Part shown: positions 1-10,556 of the stretch, in pieces
Position numbering within the stretch: position 1 is the first letter of the stretch
How the letters are laid out: each line of letters begins with the position of its first letter
DNA from: a virus
Lineage: Duplodnaviria > Heunggongvirae > Uroviricota > Caudoviricetes
Reading direction: 5' to 3' (one strand)
DNA: 64,000 nucleotides
Virus record (IMG/VR): IMGVR_UViG_3300042474_001151
Location: 48,431-112,430 of that record
Position numbers and translations under genes: made by a program
The notes under the pieces: model-generated
The model's input: the letters and a program-made list of their open reading frames with translations, nothing else
Told to the model about the DNA's origin: nothing
Database searches by the model: none

Positions 1-3000
1 GTTGCAACAACTACTAATAATTTAAGTAGTTCAATATCTAGTTCAATCGGAAGTTTAAGTTCAAGTGTTGCGTCAATTAATAACGCACAAAATGGTAGAT
101 TAGATTCACTTGAAACTGCGAGTGGAAGTATACGGACTAATTTTAATACATTTACATCATCTTATACAACAGTATCAGGTTCAATAGATTCTAGACTAGA
201 TGTATTAGAAGCATATAGTGGATCACAACTTGTACCATCATCTTCAATGTCATTTAGAACATTACAGACTGATGTGTATTGTAAAAACATGTCAGGTACC
301 CAAATAAATAAGGGTACTGTTGTTAGAATTGTGGGATCGGTCGGTGACAACCCATTAATTGGTGTTGCATCATTTTTAACTGAAGGACAATCCGCAAATA
401 CGTTAGGTATTGCATCTGAAAATATTCCAAACGATGGTTTTGGTTTAGTAATAACTGAAGGCGTTTTAACTGGTGTTAACACAGACGGAATGACCGCAGG
501 TCAGTTATTATTTTTAGGTGCAAACGGGACATTCACAACTAGTTACCCAGTTCCTCCAAATCACGGAGTTAGATTAGGTGAAGTACTAAGAGTTCAACAA
601 AATCAGGGTTCAATTTACGTTCGTGTAGACAATGGTGCAGAATTAGGTGAAGCTCACGATGTATATGACACCACAACCAATTCATCATATGGTGATTTAT
701 TGGTAAAAAGTGGTAGTGTATGGGTTAATAGTAGAAGTTTAAATGGTGATTACGTTGTTACTGGTAGTTTAACTGTTACACAGAACTTAACAGTTCTTGG
801 TTCATCATCACTTGTATATGTTACCTCATCAAATTTAGCTGTAAGTGCTTCATTCATAAGTGTAAACGTATTTGAACCTGCAGAAAGATTTGGTGGTTTA
901 AAGGTGTATGATAGTGGTAGTGCGAACGCCACCGCATCTTTAGCGTGGGATAGTTTACATAACCATTGGGTTTACCAAAATGTAAGTGGTAGTAATTACT
1001 CAGGAGGTATGTTACTTTCGGGACCAAGAAATACAGGTTCATTAGGTGATGAACCTAATTTAATTAATGGTAGAATTGTTAAGTCAGTAGGTGGAGATCA
1101 TATCGATGTATCAATTATTTCAGAAACAGGAACAACAATAACAGTTGCCGGAGATTTAGTTGCGAATTCGATAACAGGAGCATTCGATTATTTTGGTTTA
1201 GTTAATCGACCAACATTGATTTCTGGAAGTTCACAAATCAATATAACAGGAACAACAGGTTATTCAACATTTAGTAGTTCAGTAAGTTCAAGTGTGGGTT
1301 TACTATCTTCTTCAGTTGCAACTACAACATCAGGATTAAGTTCTAGTATTAATTCATTAAGTTCTAGTATTGATTCACTAAGTTCTAGTGTTGCAACAAC
1401 AACACTTAATTTAAAAAATCGGGTTGATTCTATTGAAGGTATAACCGGTTCGATATCGTCATTGAATACCTATACAGGTAGTAACAATACAGTAATTGGC
1501 ACGTTACAAACGGCAACAGGAAGTCTTAATACCTTCACTTCAAGTGCGAGTGGAAGGTTGGATTCTTTAGAAAGTGCGAGCAGCAGTATCAGAACTACAT
1601 TGAACTCATATACAAGTTCAAATGATTCAACTAACACCACTCAAAACAGTAGATTAACAAGTATTGAAGGTATAACTGGATCTATCTCATCATTAAATTC
1701 ATTTACCGCTTCAATTAATACAACAATTAAAAGTAAGTTAGATAGTGAAAATGTTGTATCTGGTTCTTCACAAATTATTTATTCTGGATTAACAGGAATA
1801 CCTTCAGGTATTGTATCTGGTTCGATTCAAGTAGAGTTAACCGGAACAACAGGTTATTCAACATTTAGTTCTAGTATATCTACAAGTATTGGGGCGTTAA
1901 GTTCATCAATTTCAACAACAACATTAGGCACAAAAAATCGGGTCGATTCAATTGAATCTAAAACAGGAAGTTATGCAACAACCGGTTCAAATGTATTCAT
2001 TGGTAATCAAAATATAAATGGTAATTTATCTGTAACAGGTAGTGGTAATATAACGGGAGATTTAACTGTTCAAGGTAATTTAATCGCACAACAATATATT
2101 GTCTCATCTTCAGTAACATATTTAACCACATCATTCTCATCAGGTTCGACAAAATTCGGAGATAGTTTAGATGATACACATCAATTTACGGGTTCAGTTC
2201 TTATATCGGGTAGTATTGTATCAACAACAACACCTTTAGTTTCGGGAAGTAGTCAAATATCATATAGTGGATTAACAGGAATACCTTCAGGTATTGTTAG
2301 TGGAAGTTCACAAGTATTAAATGGTAGTGGTGTGTGGTCAGGTTCGGCTCAACTTCCAAGTGGAGTTGTTTCGGGTTCATCACAAATTATTTATTCTGGA
2401 TTAACAGGAATACCGTCAGATATAGTTTCAGGTAGCTCACAATTAACAGGTTCATATGACACACGTTATGTTCTTAGTGGTTCAATCACACAAACAACTT
2501 GGGATAATATTGCATCAAAACCACCTGGCATTATTTCGGGGTCTGTACAAATTGTTAATTTAGGATTTGCAACAACAAGTTCAAATGATTTATATGGAGA
2601 TAGGTATTTGTTTTCAACCGCACTATCAACAGGTTCATGGGTTATTAACCATAACTTAGGTTTTCAATTCCCAAATGTTGATATATATGATTCTTCTAAT
2701 CAAATATTAATACCACAAGCAATTACCGCCACATCAGCAAACAGTATGCAAATTGATTTTGCAACTCCAACTATAGGTAAGGCAATATTAACAATTGGTG
2801 GAGCAAGAAGTACAGGTTTATTTGTACAAAGTGGTTCATTCTACAATGCAACAACTAACATTGGAATCACAGGTTCATTGGTTGTAACAGGTGATGTGGA
2901 CGCTAATAATTTCAACACAACATCTGATAAGAAATTAAAAACAAATCTCGTTAGAATTGAAAATGCATTAGATAAGATTGAAAAATTAAATGGTTATACA

Positions 3001-3234
3001 TTTGATTGGTTAGAAGAATATAGTGAAGATAGAACAAGACAAATCGGGATGGTTGCCGATGAGGTATATGAAGTACAACCAGAATTGATATCACATAGAA
3101 ATATTGTTTTATCAAACAAAGAAGAAAAAATAAAATTATTAGACTACTCTAAAGTGACAGCAATATTAATTGAAGCAATTAAAGAGTTGAACGATAAGGT
3201 TACAAAATTAGAAAATAAAAAGAAGAAAAAATGA
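1..3234 (+). CDS. Ser/Thr-rich tail fibre-like protein with C-terminal S74 intramolecular chaperone/peptidase (5' truncated by window)
   Basis: Frame is open from base 1 (VATTTNNLSSS...), in frame with ATG 247. C-terminus from ~2923 reads SDKKLKTN...LDKIEKLNGYTFDW...QIGMVADEV...DYSKVTAILIEAIKEL, typical of S74. SGSSQ and SSSIGSL repeats. Confidence 0.85.
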   Translation, partial: VATTTNNLSSSISSSIGSLSSSVASINNAQNGRLDSLETASGSIRTNFNTFTSSYTTVSGSIDSRLDVLEAYSGSQLVPSSSMSFRTLQTDVYCKNMSGTQINKGTVVRIVGSVGDNPLIGVASFLTEGQSANTLGIASENIPNDGFGLVITEGVLTGVNTDGMTAGQLLFLGANGTFTTSYPVPPNHGVRLGEVLRVQQNQGSIYVRVDNGAELGEAHDVYDTTTNSSYGDLLVKSGSVWVNSRSLNGDYVVTGSLTVTQNLTVLGSSSLVYVTSSNLAVSASFISVNVFEPAERFGGLKVYDSGSANATASLAWDSLHNHWVYQNVSGSNYSGGMLLSGPRNTGSLGDEPNLINGRIVKSVGGDHIDVSIISETGTTITVAGDLVANSITGAFDYFGLVNRPTLISGSSQINITGTTGYSTFSSSVSSSVGLLSSSVATTTSGLSSSINSLSSSIDSLSSSVATTTLNLKNRVDSIEGITGSISSLNTYTGSNNTVIGTLQTATGSLNTFTSSASGRLDSLESASSSIRTTLNSYTSSNDSTNTTQNSRLTSIEGITGSISSLNSFTASINTTIKSKLDSENVVSGSSQIIYSGLTGIPSGIVSGSIQVELTGTTGYSTFSSSISTSIGALSSSISTTTLGTKNRVDSIESKTGSYATTGSNVFIGNQNINGNLSVTGSGNITGDLTVQGNLIAQQYIVSSSVTYLTTSFSSGSTKFGDSLDDTHQFTGSVLISGSIVSTTTPLVSGSSQISYSGLTGIPSGIVSGSSQVLNGSGVWSGSAQLPSGVVSGSSQIIYSGLTGIPSDIVSGSSQLTGSYDTRYVLSGSITQTTWDNIASKPPGIISGSVQIVNLGFATTSSNDLYGDRYLFSTALSTGSWVINHNLGFQFPNVDIYDSSNQILIPQAITATSANSMQIDFATPTIGKAILTIGGARSTGLFVQSGSFYNATTNIGITGSLVVTGDVDANNFNTTSDKKLKTNLVRIENALDKIEKLNGYTFDWLEEYSEDRTRQIGMVADEVYEVQPELISHRNIVLSNKEEKIKLLDYSKVTAILIEAIKELNDKVTKLENKKKKK

Positions 3235-5738
3235 GAATAGACGGACCTCAAATTACAGGTAGTTTTAATTTAAATGGTGATACCGTTGCTGATTTAGATG
3301 CTTTAGTAACCACGTCGTCATTTAACATGATGACAGCGTCAATGGCAACAACAGGTAGTAACTTATTTAAAGGAACTCAGACAACATCTGGGTCAATAGT
3401 ACCATCAGTTAATAATACATACGACTTAGGTAGTCCAACACATCAGTTTCGTCACGTCTATATCTCAACGGGTTCATTATATATCGATGGGACAAAAGTT
3501 TTAGGCTCAACAAGTTCTGAATTACAAATCACAACAGATGTTGGACAATCATTTAAAGTATTAGAGACAGGTGCCGACACAATCACATTACAAAGTAATG
3601 ATGGAAATGTTACATTAACATCAACAGGTGGCGGTGACATTGTTATGGACCCAAGTACGGGTGTTATTGGTTTAAAAGGTACTGTTACAATTTATACAGG
3701 AAATAAAATTACATCAAGTGACGGTAATGCAATTCAATTTGGTAATGGTATTTCTATTACGGGTAGTATTGTTGCAACAGGAACTAATTTAATATCAGGT
3801 TCATCACAAGTGTTAAATGGTAGTGGTATATGGAGTGGAAGTGCTCAGTTACCTTCAGGTATTATTTCAGGTAGTGCACAATTACCAAGTGGTATTGTAT
3901 CAAGTTCAGCACAAGTAACGGGATATGGATTTTCGACAACAGGTTCTAATAATTTTCAAGGTACACAAACAATTACAGGATCACTTTATATTAGTTCCGA
4001 TTTAGTTGTACAAGGTTCATCTTCACTTCAAAACATAACTGCATCAGCGGTAAACATTGGAGCAAACATAGTAAATCTTAATACCGCAAATCCAGCAATT
4101 AGATTCGCGGGTATAAGTGTTTTTGATAGTGGATCTATCGGTGGTTCTGGTTCTTTTTTATATGATGCTGTACAGGACGAATTTATTTTTATACATAGAG
4201 GTGATGGTACTAATATAACATCATCCGTAACGTTAATGGGTCCACAGACTTACAATAATGTTGGTAACGAAAGTTATCCTACGAATAATCGGATATTAAA
4301 AGGTACCGGTAACGAACACGTTGGGGATAGTATCATAAGTGAAACTGGCGGTGGTATTGGAATAAGTGGCAGTTTATCTATTACCGGTAGTATTGTTGCA
4401 ACAGGAACAAGTTTAGTTTCTGGTAGTTCACAAATATTAAATGGTAGTGGAATTTGGAGTGGTAGCGCACAATTACCGTCAGGTGTTGTAAGCGGTAGTG
4501 CACAAACAATTGCAAATTTACCAAGCGGAACGGTATCGGGTAGTGTACAAGTTGATGTTATGTCAACAACAAACATTGCTCGGTTGGCAACAACTGGTTC
4601 AAATACATTTACAAGTAATCAAATTGTTAGTGGTGCATTTACAACAACTGGAGATATTAACGTTAATTCAAGTGGTATTATAATTAATAGAAACACATCT
4701 GGAGAACCATATTTGTTTTTTAGAAAAGATGGTGTTAATAGAGGTTCTATATATGGTATAACAGGAGGTGGATTAAGATTATTTGACCAAAGTGATAATC
4801 AAGTTCTAACTATGACCGGTAGTATGATAGGAATAAATAAATCATCACCTAGTGGTACACTTGATGTTCAATCATCGGGAGCAAATGGTATTGTTTTATC
4901 TTCTGATTCTGCGGATACTAATAATAGTGGTAGATTATTCTTTATGAGAACCGGCGGTGAAGGTTGGAATATATTCAATAATTCCGGTAACTTAAGTTTT
5001 AGAAGTAACGCAATACCTGGAAACACTTCAGGTAGTGAAAGAATGCGTTTGGATAGTTCGTATAATTTAACATTAAACAATGGACTAACTGTTGCGGGTG
5101 CCACTAACCATACTGGTGCGGTACGGATGAATAATGGTACAGGAGGTTCTTCACCAAGAATAACTTTTGGAACTGAAGATGAAAGCGTACCTGGTAATAA
5201 ATCAATTTATCTTGATACCTATTGGATGATTCTTCAACCTCACGTTAATGAGGGTTTAAGAGTTAGATTCGTTAATGGGTCAGGAACACAAACTGAGACC
5301 GTTAGACTCCAATCAACACAAGCAAGTTTTTACACATCCATAAGTTCTTCAAGTAGTATATCCGCTTCAGGTAATATGGGAGCAAGAAACTTTAATAACT
5401 TAGTTAGAAGTTGGTCCTCAAATGGTTCATATGTTTGGCACGAACAATTAGATGCAATCGCAAGTGTTTTTGATGATGGTGGATTGTATAGAGCATTTAT
5501 TAGAGAATCAAATGCTGCACATTATTATGGATATATGTTTGACATTAATGTTAGTAGTAAAGGATATGGAGGAACATCACTTCAATATGTTGTTCGAAAT
5601 ATGACATCGTCTAATGGAGCGTGGCCAGCAGGTTGTGGAGCAACTTCATTTGCATCAATAGATAATAGTGGATTTACAAAACAAAGTAGTGGTTGTTTTG
5701 ATACTTTACATTTATATATAACAAAAATAGGAGGTTAA
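3231..5738 (+). CDS. tail fibre-like structural protein
   Basis: 835 aa. Shares YDLGS...YISTGSLYIDGTKVLGS and SGSAQLPSG modules with the 10557 fibre. ATGA overlap with the upstream gene. Confidence 0.75.
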   Translation: MRIDGPQITGSFNLNGDTVADLDALVTTSSFNMMTASMATTGSNLFKGTQTTSGSIVPSVNNTYDLGSPTHQFRHVYISTGSLYIDGTKVLGSTSSELQITTDVGQSFKVLETGADTITLQSNDGNVTLTSTGGGDIVMDPSTGVIGLKGTVTIYTGNKITSSDGNAIQFGNGISITGSIVATGTNLISGSSQVLNGSGIWSGSAQLPSGIISGSAQLPSGIVSSSAQVTGYGFSTTGSNNFQGTQTITGSLYISSDLVVQGSSSLQNITASAVNIGANIVNLNTANPAIRFAGISVFDSGSIGGSGSFLYDAVQDEFIFIHRGDGTNITSSVTLMGPQTYNNVGNESYPTNNRILKGTGNEHVGDSIISETGGGIGISGSLSITGSIVATGTSLVSGSSQILNGSGIWSGSAQLPSGVVSGSAQTIANLPSGTVSGSVQVDVMSTTNIARLATTGSNTFTSNQIVSGAFTTTGDINVNSSGIIINRNTSGEPYLFFRKDGVNRGSIYGITGGGLRLFDQSDNQVLTMTGSMIGINKSSPSGTLDVQSSGANGIVLSSDSADTNNSGRLFFMRTGGEGWNIFNNSGNLSFRSNAIPGNTSGSERMRLDSSYNLTLNNGLTVAGATNHTGAVRMNNGTGGSSPRITFGTEDESVPGNKSIYLDTYWMILQPHVNEGLRVRFVNGSGTQTETVRLQSTQASFYTSISSSSSISASGNMGARNFNNLVRSWSSNGSYVWHEQLDAIASVFDDGGLYRAFIRESNAAHYYGYMFDINVSSKGYGGTSLQYVVRNMTSSNGAWPAGCGATSFASIDNSGFTKQSSGCFDTLHLYITKIGG

Positions 5739-5749
5739 AATTTAAAAAT

Positions 5750-6085
5750 ATGGCAATTAATATTACTATAGTATCAATTAAAAAAACAGATAATTTAGAG
5801 TTACCAAATGTGGTTACAGAAATTACCTATAAAATAACTAAAGAAGAAAATGGTAAAACCGCTTCATTAGAAGGTTTTGCTAATTTAGATTTTAGTGAGT
5901 TAACACAAGAAAATTATATTCCAATTTCAGGATTAACTGAAAATATGATTAAAGATTGGGTATTGAATTCAATTGGAGATAGAATCACATCAATTGAAAG
6001 TTATTTGGATAATGAAATTGAAACTCAAGAAGAGAAATTAAAAATTGTTTCTACTGAAATAAAATTACCTTGGGAAACTAATTAA
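5750..6085 (+). CDS. small acidic protein, possible fibre assembly/accessory factor
   Basis: 111-aa ORF directly after a fibre gene. Function inferred from position only. Confidence 0.55.
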   Translation: MAINITIVSIKKTDNLELPNVVTEITYKITKEENGKTASLEGFANLDFSELTQENYIPISGLTENMIKDWVLNSIGDRITSIESYLDNEIETQEEKLKIVSTEIKLPWETN

Positions 6086-6088
6086 AAC

Positions 6089-6096
6089 TATTTATA
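6089..6096 (+). promoter_or_regulatory. putative late-promoter motif TATTTATA
   Basis: Intergenic, before fibre gene 6101. Confidence 0.45.
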
Positions 6097-6100
6097 ACTA

Positions 6101-8680
6101 ATGGCAAACGGAGCATTTAAATTTAAAGACAATTCGGGTAATGTAGTATCATTTATTTCAGGAAGTGGTTCAAATATATCATTTTCAGGAGGTACGCTTG
6201 ACCTATCAGGAATGACAGGTTTAACCTTGGGTGGTTTAATAATGAGCGGTTCAATTACAAACGCTCTAACAGCATCCTCGGCTCCAAGTTATTTGTTAAC
6301 ATCTTCTTTTAACACATATAGCTCAAGTTTAGCAACTACGGGTTCAAATACTTTTATTGGTAATCAAACAATATCAGGTAGTATTGTATCAACAGTTACA
6401 ACATTAGTATCAGGTTCATCACAAATTACATATTCAGGATTAACAGGAATACCATCAGGTATTGTATCTGGTTCATCACAATTGACATCATCATATGATG
6501 ATAGATATGTGTTGAGCGGTTCAATTACCCAAACAACTTGGGATAACATCGCATCAAAACCATCAGGTATTGCATCAGGTTCATCACAAATTGATATAAC
6601 AGGAACAACAGGATATTCAACATTCAGTTCAAGTATATCCACAAGTATTGGAAGTTTGTCTGGTTCTGTGGCAATCACAACATCAGGATTAAGTTCTTCC
6701 ATAGGAAGTTTATCCTCAAGTTTTGCAACAACTACAATCGGATTAAAAAATCGGATTGATTCTATTGAAACAACAACAGGTTCCTTAAACACATTCACAT
6801 CAAGTGCGTCAGGAAGATTAACTTCTTTGGAAACTGCAAGTGGTTCAATACGTACAGATTTTAATACTTACACAGGTTCTAACGATTCGACAAATACAAC
6901 TCAAAATAGTAGATTGACAAGTATCGAAGGAATTACGGGGTCAATAAGTTCACTTAACACATACACAGGTAGTAACAATACCATAATAGGTACATTACAA
7001 ACTGCAACAAGTAGTTTGAATTCATATACAAGTTCTAATACAACTAATATAAATGCAATTCATACTTCAACGGGTTCGTTTAAATCGTTCACATCATCGT
7101 TCGATACTGCATTTGGAATGAGTGGTGCTGACGTTACCGTTAAAGGTAATTTAACTGTTTCAGGGACACAAACAATTGTCAATTCAACAACGGTAGCAAT
7201 TGGAGATAACATCATTCAATTGAATGGTACAGGTGCAACAAACGCAGGTTTGGTTGTGAGAGATGCAACCGCACCAAATACGGTGTCAGGTTCATTTCTT
7301 TGGGATAGTACCAATGATAAATGGATAGCGGGATCATTGGGTTCAGAAGACGACATCGTATTAAGAACGGCAACTCAAACATTAACAAATAAAACAATTA
7401 ATGCATCCCAATTAGTGGATGCGTCTGTAACAAATACTAAATTAGCAAATTCATCTATAACAATAGCTGGAACATCAACATCGTTAGGTGGTACAATATC
7501 TGCGGCGACAATATTATCAGGTACAGGAACGGTATCAGGTTCATCTCAAATTGATTTAACTGCAACAACCAATTATGCTTCAGGTATATTAACAAGATTA
7601 AATGCTGTTGGTGTTTTTAGTGGTTCTGCTCAGGTTACCGGAATTGGTAATGCACAATTAACAAATTCATCGTTTTTTGTTGGTACAACATCAATATCAT
7701 TAGGTCGGGCAAGTGCATCACAAACGTTAACTGGTGTTGCAATTGATGGAAATGCCGGTACAGTTACAAATGGTGTTTATACAACTGGAGACCAAACAAT
7801 TGGTGGAACAAAAACATTTTCATCGACAATTGTTGGGTCTATTAATGGAAGTGCCGCACAACTTGATGGACAAGGTCAGGCATACTATTTTAGTAAAGCC
7901 AATATGGATGCCGCAAGAAGTATTGTTTCTGGTACTAACTTAGATACTGATTTAGAAAACGGAGGGGCTTATAGTTCTTATGGTGCTGGTGGTACAAGTT
8001 GGAACGCACCATTTGGTTATGGTGGTGTTATAGCATACGCCTTTACAAGTGGGATTAGAGCTCAGTTTGGTTTCGATATTAGACACACGGCTTCTGATTA
8101 TGGTGACCTTTGGTATAGAACTAAAAATAATGTGGGTTATAGTACGTGGAGAAAAATGTGGCACGACGGTAACTTAACAAACTTAAATCAACTTACTAAC
8201 GGTCCCGGATATATTACATCAGATTCCACCAAACTTCCTTTAGCGGGTGGTACAATGACAGGCACAATCCGGTTCTCGAATGTGGTGGGTAACAAAATAG
8301 ATTTTTATTTTCTTGACACTGATAGATACGGTATACAAGTTCAAAGTAGTGAACTTAGAATTCATTCTGGAGCTCAAGGGGCTTCAACGGGAGGTGTTAC
8401 ACTTGGTAAAAGTACGGACACCACATTTACTGAATATTTAAGAGTAAGAAACGATGGTCACGTAGTACCTGGAGGTAACGGTACACAAAATTTAGGTTCA
8501 TCATCATTAAGATGGGCCACAGTCTTCACTTCCGATTTATCCATGAGTAATGGTATTGGTGATTACACAATAGTGGAGGGTGAAGAAAAATTATACTTAT
8601 ATAATAATAAAAATAATAAGGTTTATTCTTTTGTTTTACAAGAAGAAGACCCGGCAACAGCGACACCAAAAATGTCTTAA
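6101..8680 (+). CDS. tail fibre-like structural protein
   Basis: 859 aa, S/T/G repeats. C-terminal NLGSSSLRW..VFTSDLSMSN...TIVEGEEKLYLYNNK module of the kind seen at the ends of T4-like marine/freshwater phage fibres. Confidence 0.75.
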   Translation: MANGAFKFKDNSGNVVSFISGSGSNISFSGGTLDLSGMTGLTLGGLIMSGSITNALTASSAPSYLLTSSFNTYSSSLATTGSNTFIGNQTISGSIVSTVTTLVSGSSQITYSGLTGIPSGIVSGSSQLTSSYDDRYVLSGSITQTTWDNIASKPSGIASGSSQIDITGTTGYSTFSSSISTSIGSLSGSVAITTSGLSSSIGSLSSSFATTTIGLKNRIDSIETTTGSLNTFTSSASGRLTSLETASGSIRTDFNTYTGSNDSTNTTQNSRLTSIEGITGSISSLNTYTGSNNTIIGTLQTATSSLNSYTSSNTTNINAIHTSTGSFKSFTSSFDTAFGMSGADVTVKGNLTVSGTQTIVNSTTVAIGDNIIQLNGTGATNAGLVVRDATAPNTVSGSFLWDSTNDKWIAGSLGSEDDIVLRTATQTLTNKTINASQLVDASVTNTKLANSSITIAGTSTSLGGTISAATILSGTGTVSGSSQIDLTATTNYASGILTRLNAVGVFSGSAQVTGIGNAQLTNSSFFVGTTSISLGRASASQTLTGVAIDGNAGTVTNGVYTTGDQTIGGTKTFSSTIVGSINGSAAQLDGQGQAYYFSKANMDAARSIVSGTNLDTDLENGGAYSSYGAGGTSWNAPFGYGGVIAYAFTSGIRAQFGFDIRHTASDYGDLWYRTKNNVGYSTWRKMWHDGNLTNLNQLTNGPGYITSDSTKLPLAGGTMTGTIRFSNVVGNKIDFYFLDTDRYGIQVQSSELRIHSGAQGASTGGVTLGKSTDTTFTEYLRVRNDGHVVPGGNGTQNLGSSSLRWATVFTSDLSMSNGIGDYTIVEGEEKLYLYNNKNNKVYSFVLQEEDPATATPKMS

Positions 8681-8683
8681 TAT

Positions 8684-8968
8684 ATGGAAGAGTTTGATTT
8701 CCCAGAAATGGATCCGAATAGAATTATAACAGAAGACAATCCAATGTATTATGTTATTATTAATACATCGGATTTAGTAAATATAAATTTTGATGATGTG
8801 TTTAACAACGTTGATGAGGATTTAAGATACTCTTTTGATGGCACAAAAACGTTTATAAAATTTAGAGGTGAAATACCATCATGTATACAAAATTTAGAAA
8901 CAAAATCTGAAACATTAACATCAGAAGAAATAAGCAACATTCTTCATACAGAAGAATGGAATTTTTAA
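8684..8968 (+). CDS. hypothetical small acidic protein
   Basis: 94-aa ORF with tight spacing between fibre and LamG genes. Confidence 0.55.
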   Translation: MEEFDFPEMDPNRIITEDNPMYYVIINTSDLVNINFDDVFNNVDEDLRYSFDGTKTFIKFRGEIPSCIQNLETKSETLTSEEISNILHTEEWNF

Positions 8969-8980
8969 TTATATTTTAAT

Positions 8981-9736
8981 ATGCCAATAGACGTTAATAG
9001 TAATGTGATAAATTCATTAGGTACTAAAATTTTTAATTCCACACAAATTGTTTCGTCTGGATTAGTTTGGTATTATGATGCGGGAATTGCGGATTCATAT
9101 GCTGGTAGTGGAACATCTGTTGTGGACCTTACTGGTAATGGAAACAACTCAACATTAAGCGATTTTTCATATGTAAACACATATGGAGGTTCTTTTCAAA
9201 ATACTACGAGTCGGAATGGGTCTCCAGGTATTCAAGTTCCCTTAACTAATTTTTCAAAATTGGTGGGTACTTGTGAATTTTGGGTTAGACCAACAACATA
9301 TAGTAGTGGAAACGGTATGTTTGTAAATCGTGCCGATGATACAGCTAATGCGAGTGATTGGTGGTGGTTAGGTATTTGGGATAGTGGTCAGCGTTTATAT
9401 CTCAGATTAGGTAACAGTGCTGGATGTTGTGGAAATGACAATTCACCTGTTTGGACAGGTGTTCATCCAGTAAATACATGGGGGCACTATGCCGCTACAT
9501 GGAATTCAGGTGTTGAATCGAAAATATATTTTAACGGGGTGTTAAATTCAACAGTATCAATTACATCAATACCAAATTCTAACCCATCTTCAACAGGTAG
9601 GTGGGGTTTAGGTCATAATACTACCAATTCACAATGGTTAGGACAAATGGGGACATTTAAACATTATAATAGAGTATTATCGGCTGCAGAAGTTTTACAA
9701 AATTACCAAGCGGATAGACCGAGATTCGGAAAATAA
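8981..9736 (+). CDS. LamG/concanavalin A-like domain protein
   Basis: GLVWYYDAG..SY.GSGT...DL.GNGNN start, HYAATWN...IYFNG, FKHYNRVLSAAEVLQNY end. Confidence 0.8.
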   Translation: MPIDVNSNVINSLGTKIFNSTQIVSSGLVWYYDAGIADSYAGSGTSVVDLTGNGNNSTLSDFSYVNTYGGSFQNTTSRNGSPGIQVPLTNFSKLVGTCEFWVRPTTYSSGNGMFVNRADDTANASDWWWLGIWDSGQRLYLRLGNSAGCCGNDNSPVWTGVHPVNTWGHYAATWNSGVESKIYFNGVLNSTVSITSIPNSNPSSTGRWGLGHNTTNSQWLGQMGTFKHYNRVLSAAEVLQNYQADRPRFGK

Positions 9737-9745
9737 GATAAGACT

Positions 9746-10495
9746 ATGCCATTTGATATAAACGGAAATATTTTTAATAGCTTCGATGCTAAATTACACA
9801 ACTCAACGAGTGTTATTCGTGATGGGTTGGTATGTTACTTAGATGCTGGAAATGCCGAATCATATGGTGGTAGTGGGTCAACTTGGTACGATTTAAGTGG
9901 TAATGGTAATAATGGTAATTTAAATAGTGTCGATTGGTTACCATCAAATGGGGGGATTTTTCAAACAAACGGATCTAGTTCAAGTTTTATAGACATACCA
10001 TCACCCAATTTATCTTCAAGTAATTACACAGTTATTGGTGCTGCAAGATATACAGGATTAGGTGGTAATAATAGAGAAAGAATGATTAACGCCAAAAATA
10101 ATAACTGGTTGATGGGTCATTGGGGTAATAGTGTTTTGAATTATTATGCTGTAGGGTGGGTTAGTAGTGTTGGTACAGGTGGAACTGATAATAATTGGAG
10201 AATATACTCAGCAACAGGAAGAGGAACATATAGTCTATATGAAAATGGGATTTTAAATGTATCAAATACAAATGGTACCGAAGGTCCAAATGGTCTTACA
10301 ATTGGTAAAATTGGGTATTCAACGAGTGAAGTTAGTAATGGTCAAGTTGGATTTGTATTAGTTTATAATAGAATATTAACTAACCAAGAAATTTTACAAA
10401 TGTATCAAGTTTTTAGACCACGTTATGAAAGATATTTTGATTGTGGTTACGGATGTCAATTGTATAATTACGATCCGGGCTGTACCGCCTGTTAA
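9746..10495 (+). CDS. LamG-like domain protein with Cys-rich C-terminal extension
   Basis: GLVCYLDAG..SYGGSGSTWYDLSGNGNN, YNRILTNQEILQMY. Ends FDCGYGCQLYNYDPGCTAC. Confidence 0.8.
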   Translation: MPFDINGNIFNSFDAKLHNSTSVIRDGLVCYLDAGNAESYGGSGSTWYDLSGNGNNGNLNSVDWLPSNGGIFQTNGSSSSFIDIPSPNLSSSNYTVIGAARYTGLGGNNRERMINAKNNNWLMGHWGNSVLNYYAVGWVSSVGTGGTDNNWRIYSATGRGTYSLYENGILNVSNTNGTEGPNGLTIGKIGYSTSEVSNGQVGFVLVYNRILTNQEILQMYQVFRPRYERYFDCGYGCQLYNYDPGCTAC

Positions 10496-10529
10496 AAACT
10501 TTCTTTTTTTTCCACATAACCCATTCCCT

Positions 10530-10540
10530 AAGTATTTATA
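10530..10540 (+). promoter_or_regulatory. putative late-promoter motif AAGTATTTATA
   Basis: Intergenic, before fibre gene 10557; AAGTATTTAT also at 50030. Confidence 0.55.
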
Positions 10541-10556
10541 GTTAAACTATAAATTA

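Noticed and set aside
162-482. Treating ATG 247 as the start of the first gene
   Set aside because: The frame is open from base 1 with the same repeat content, so the gene begins upstream of the window.
10495-10530. T-rich run after the LamG gene as an intrinsic terminator
   Set aside because: No convincing GC hairpin precedes the T-tract.
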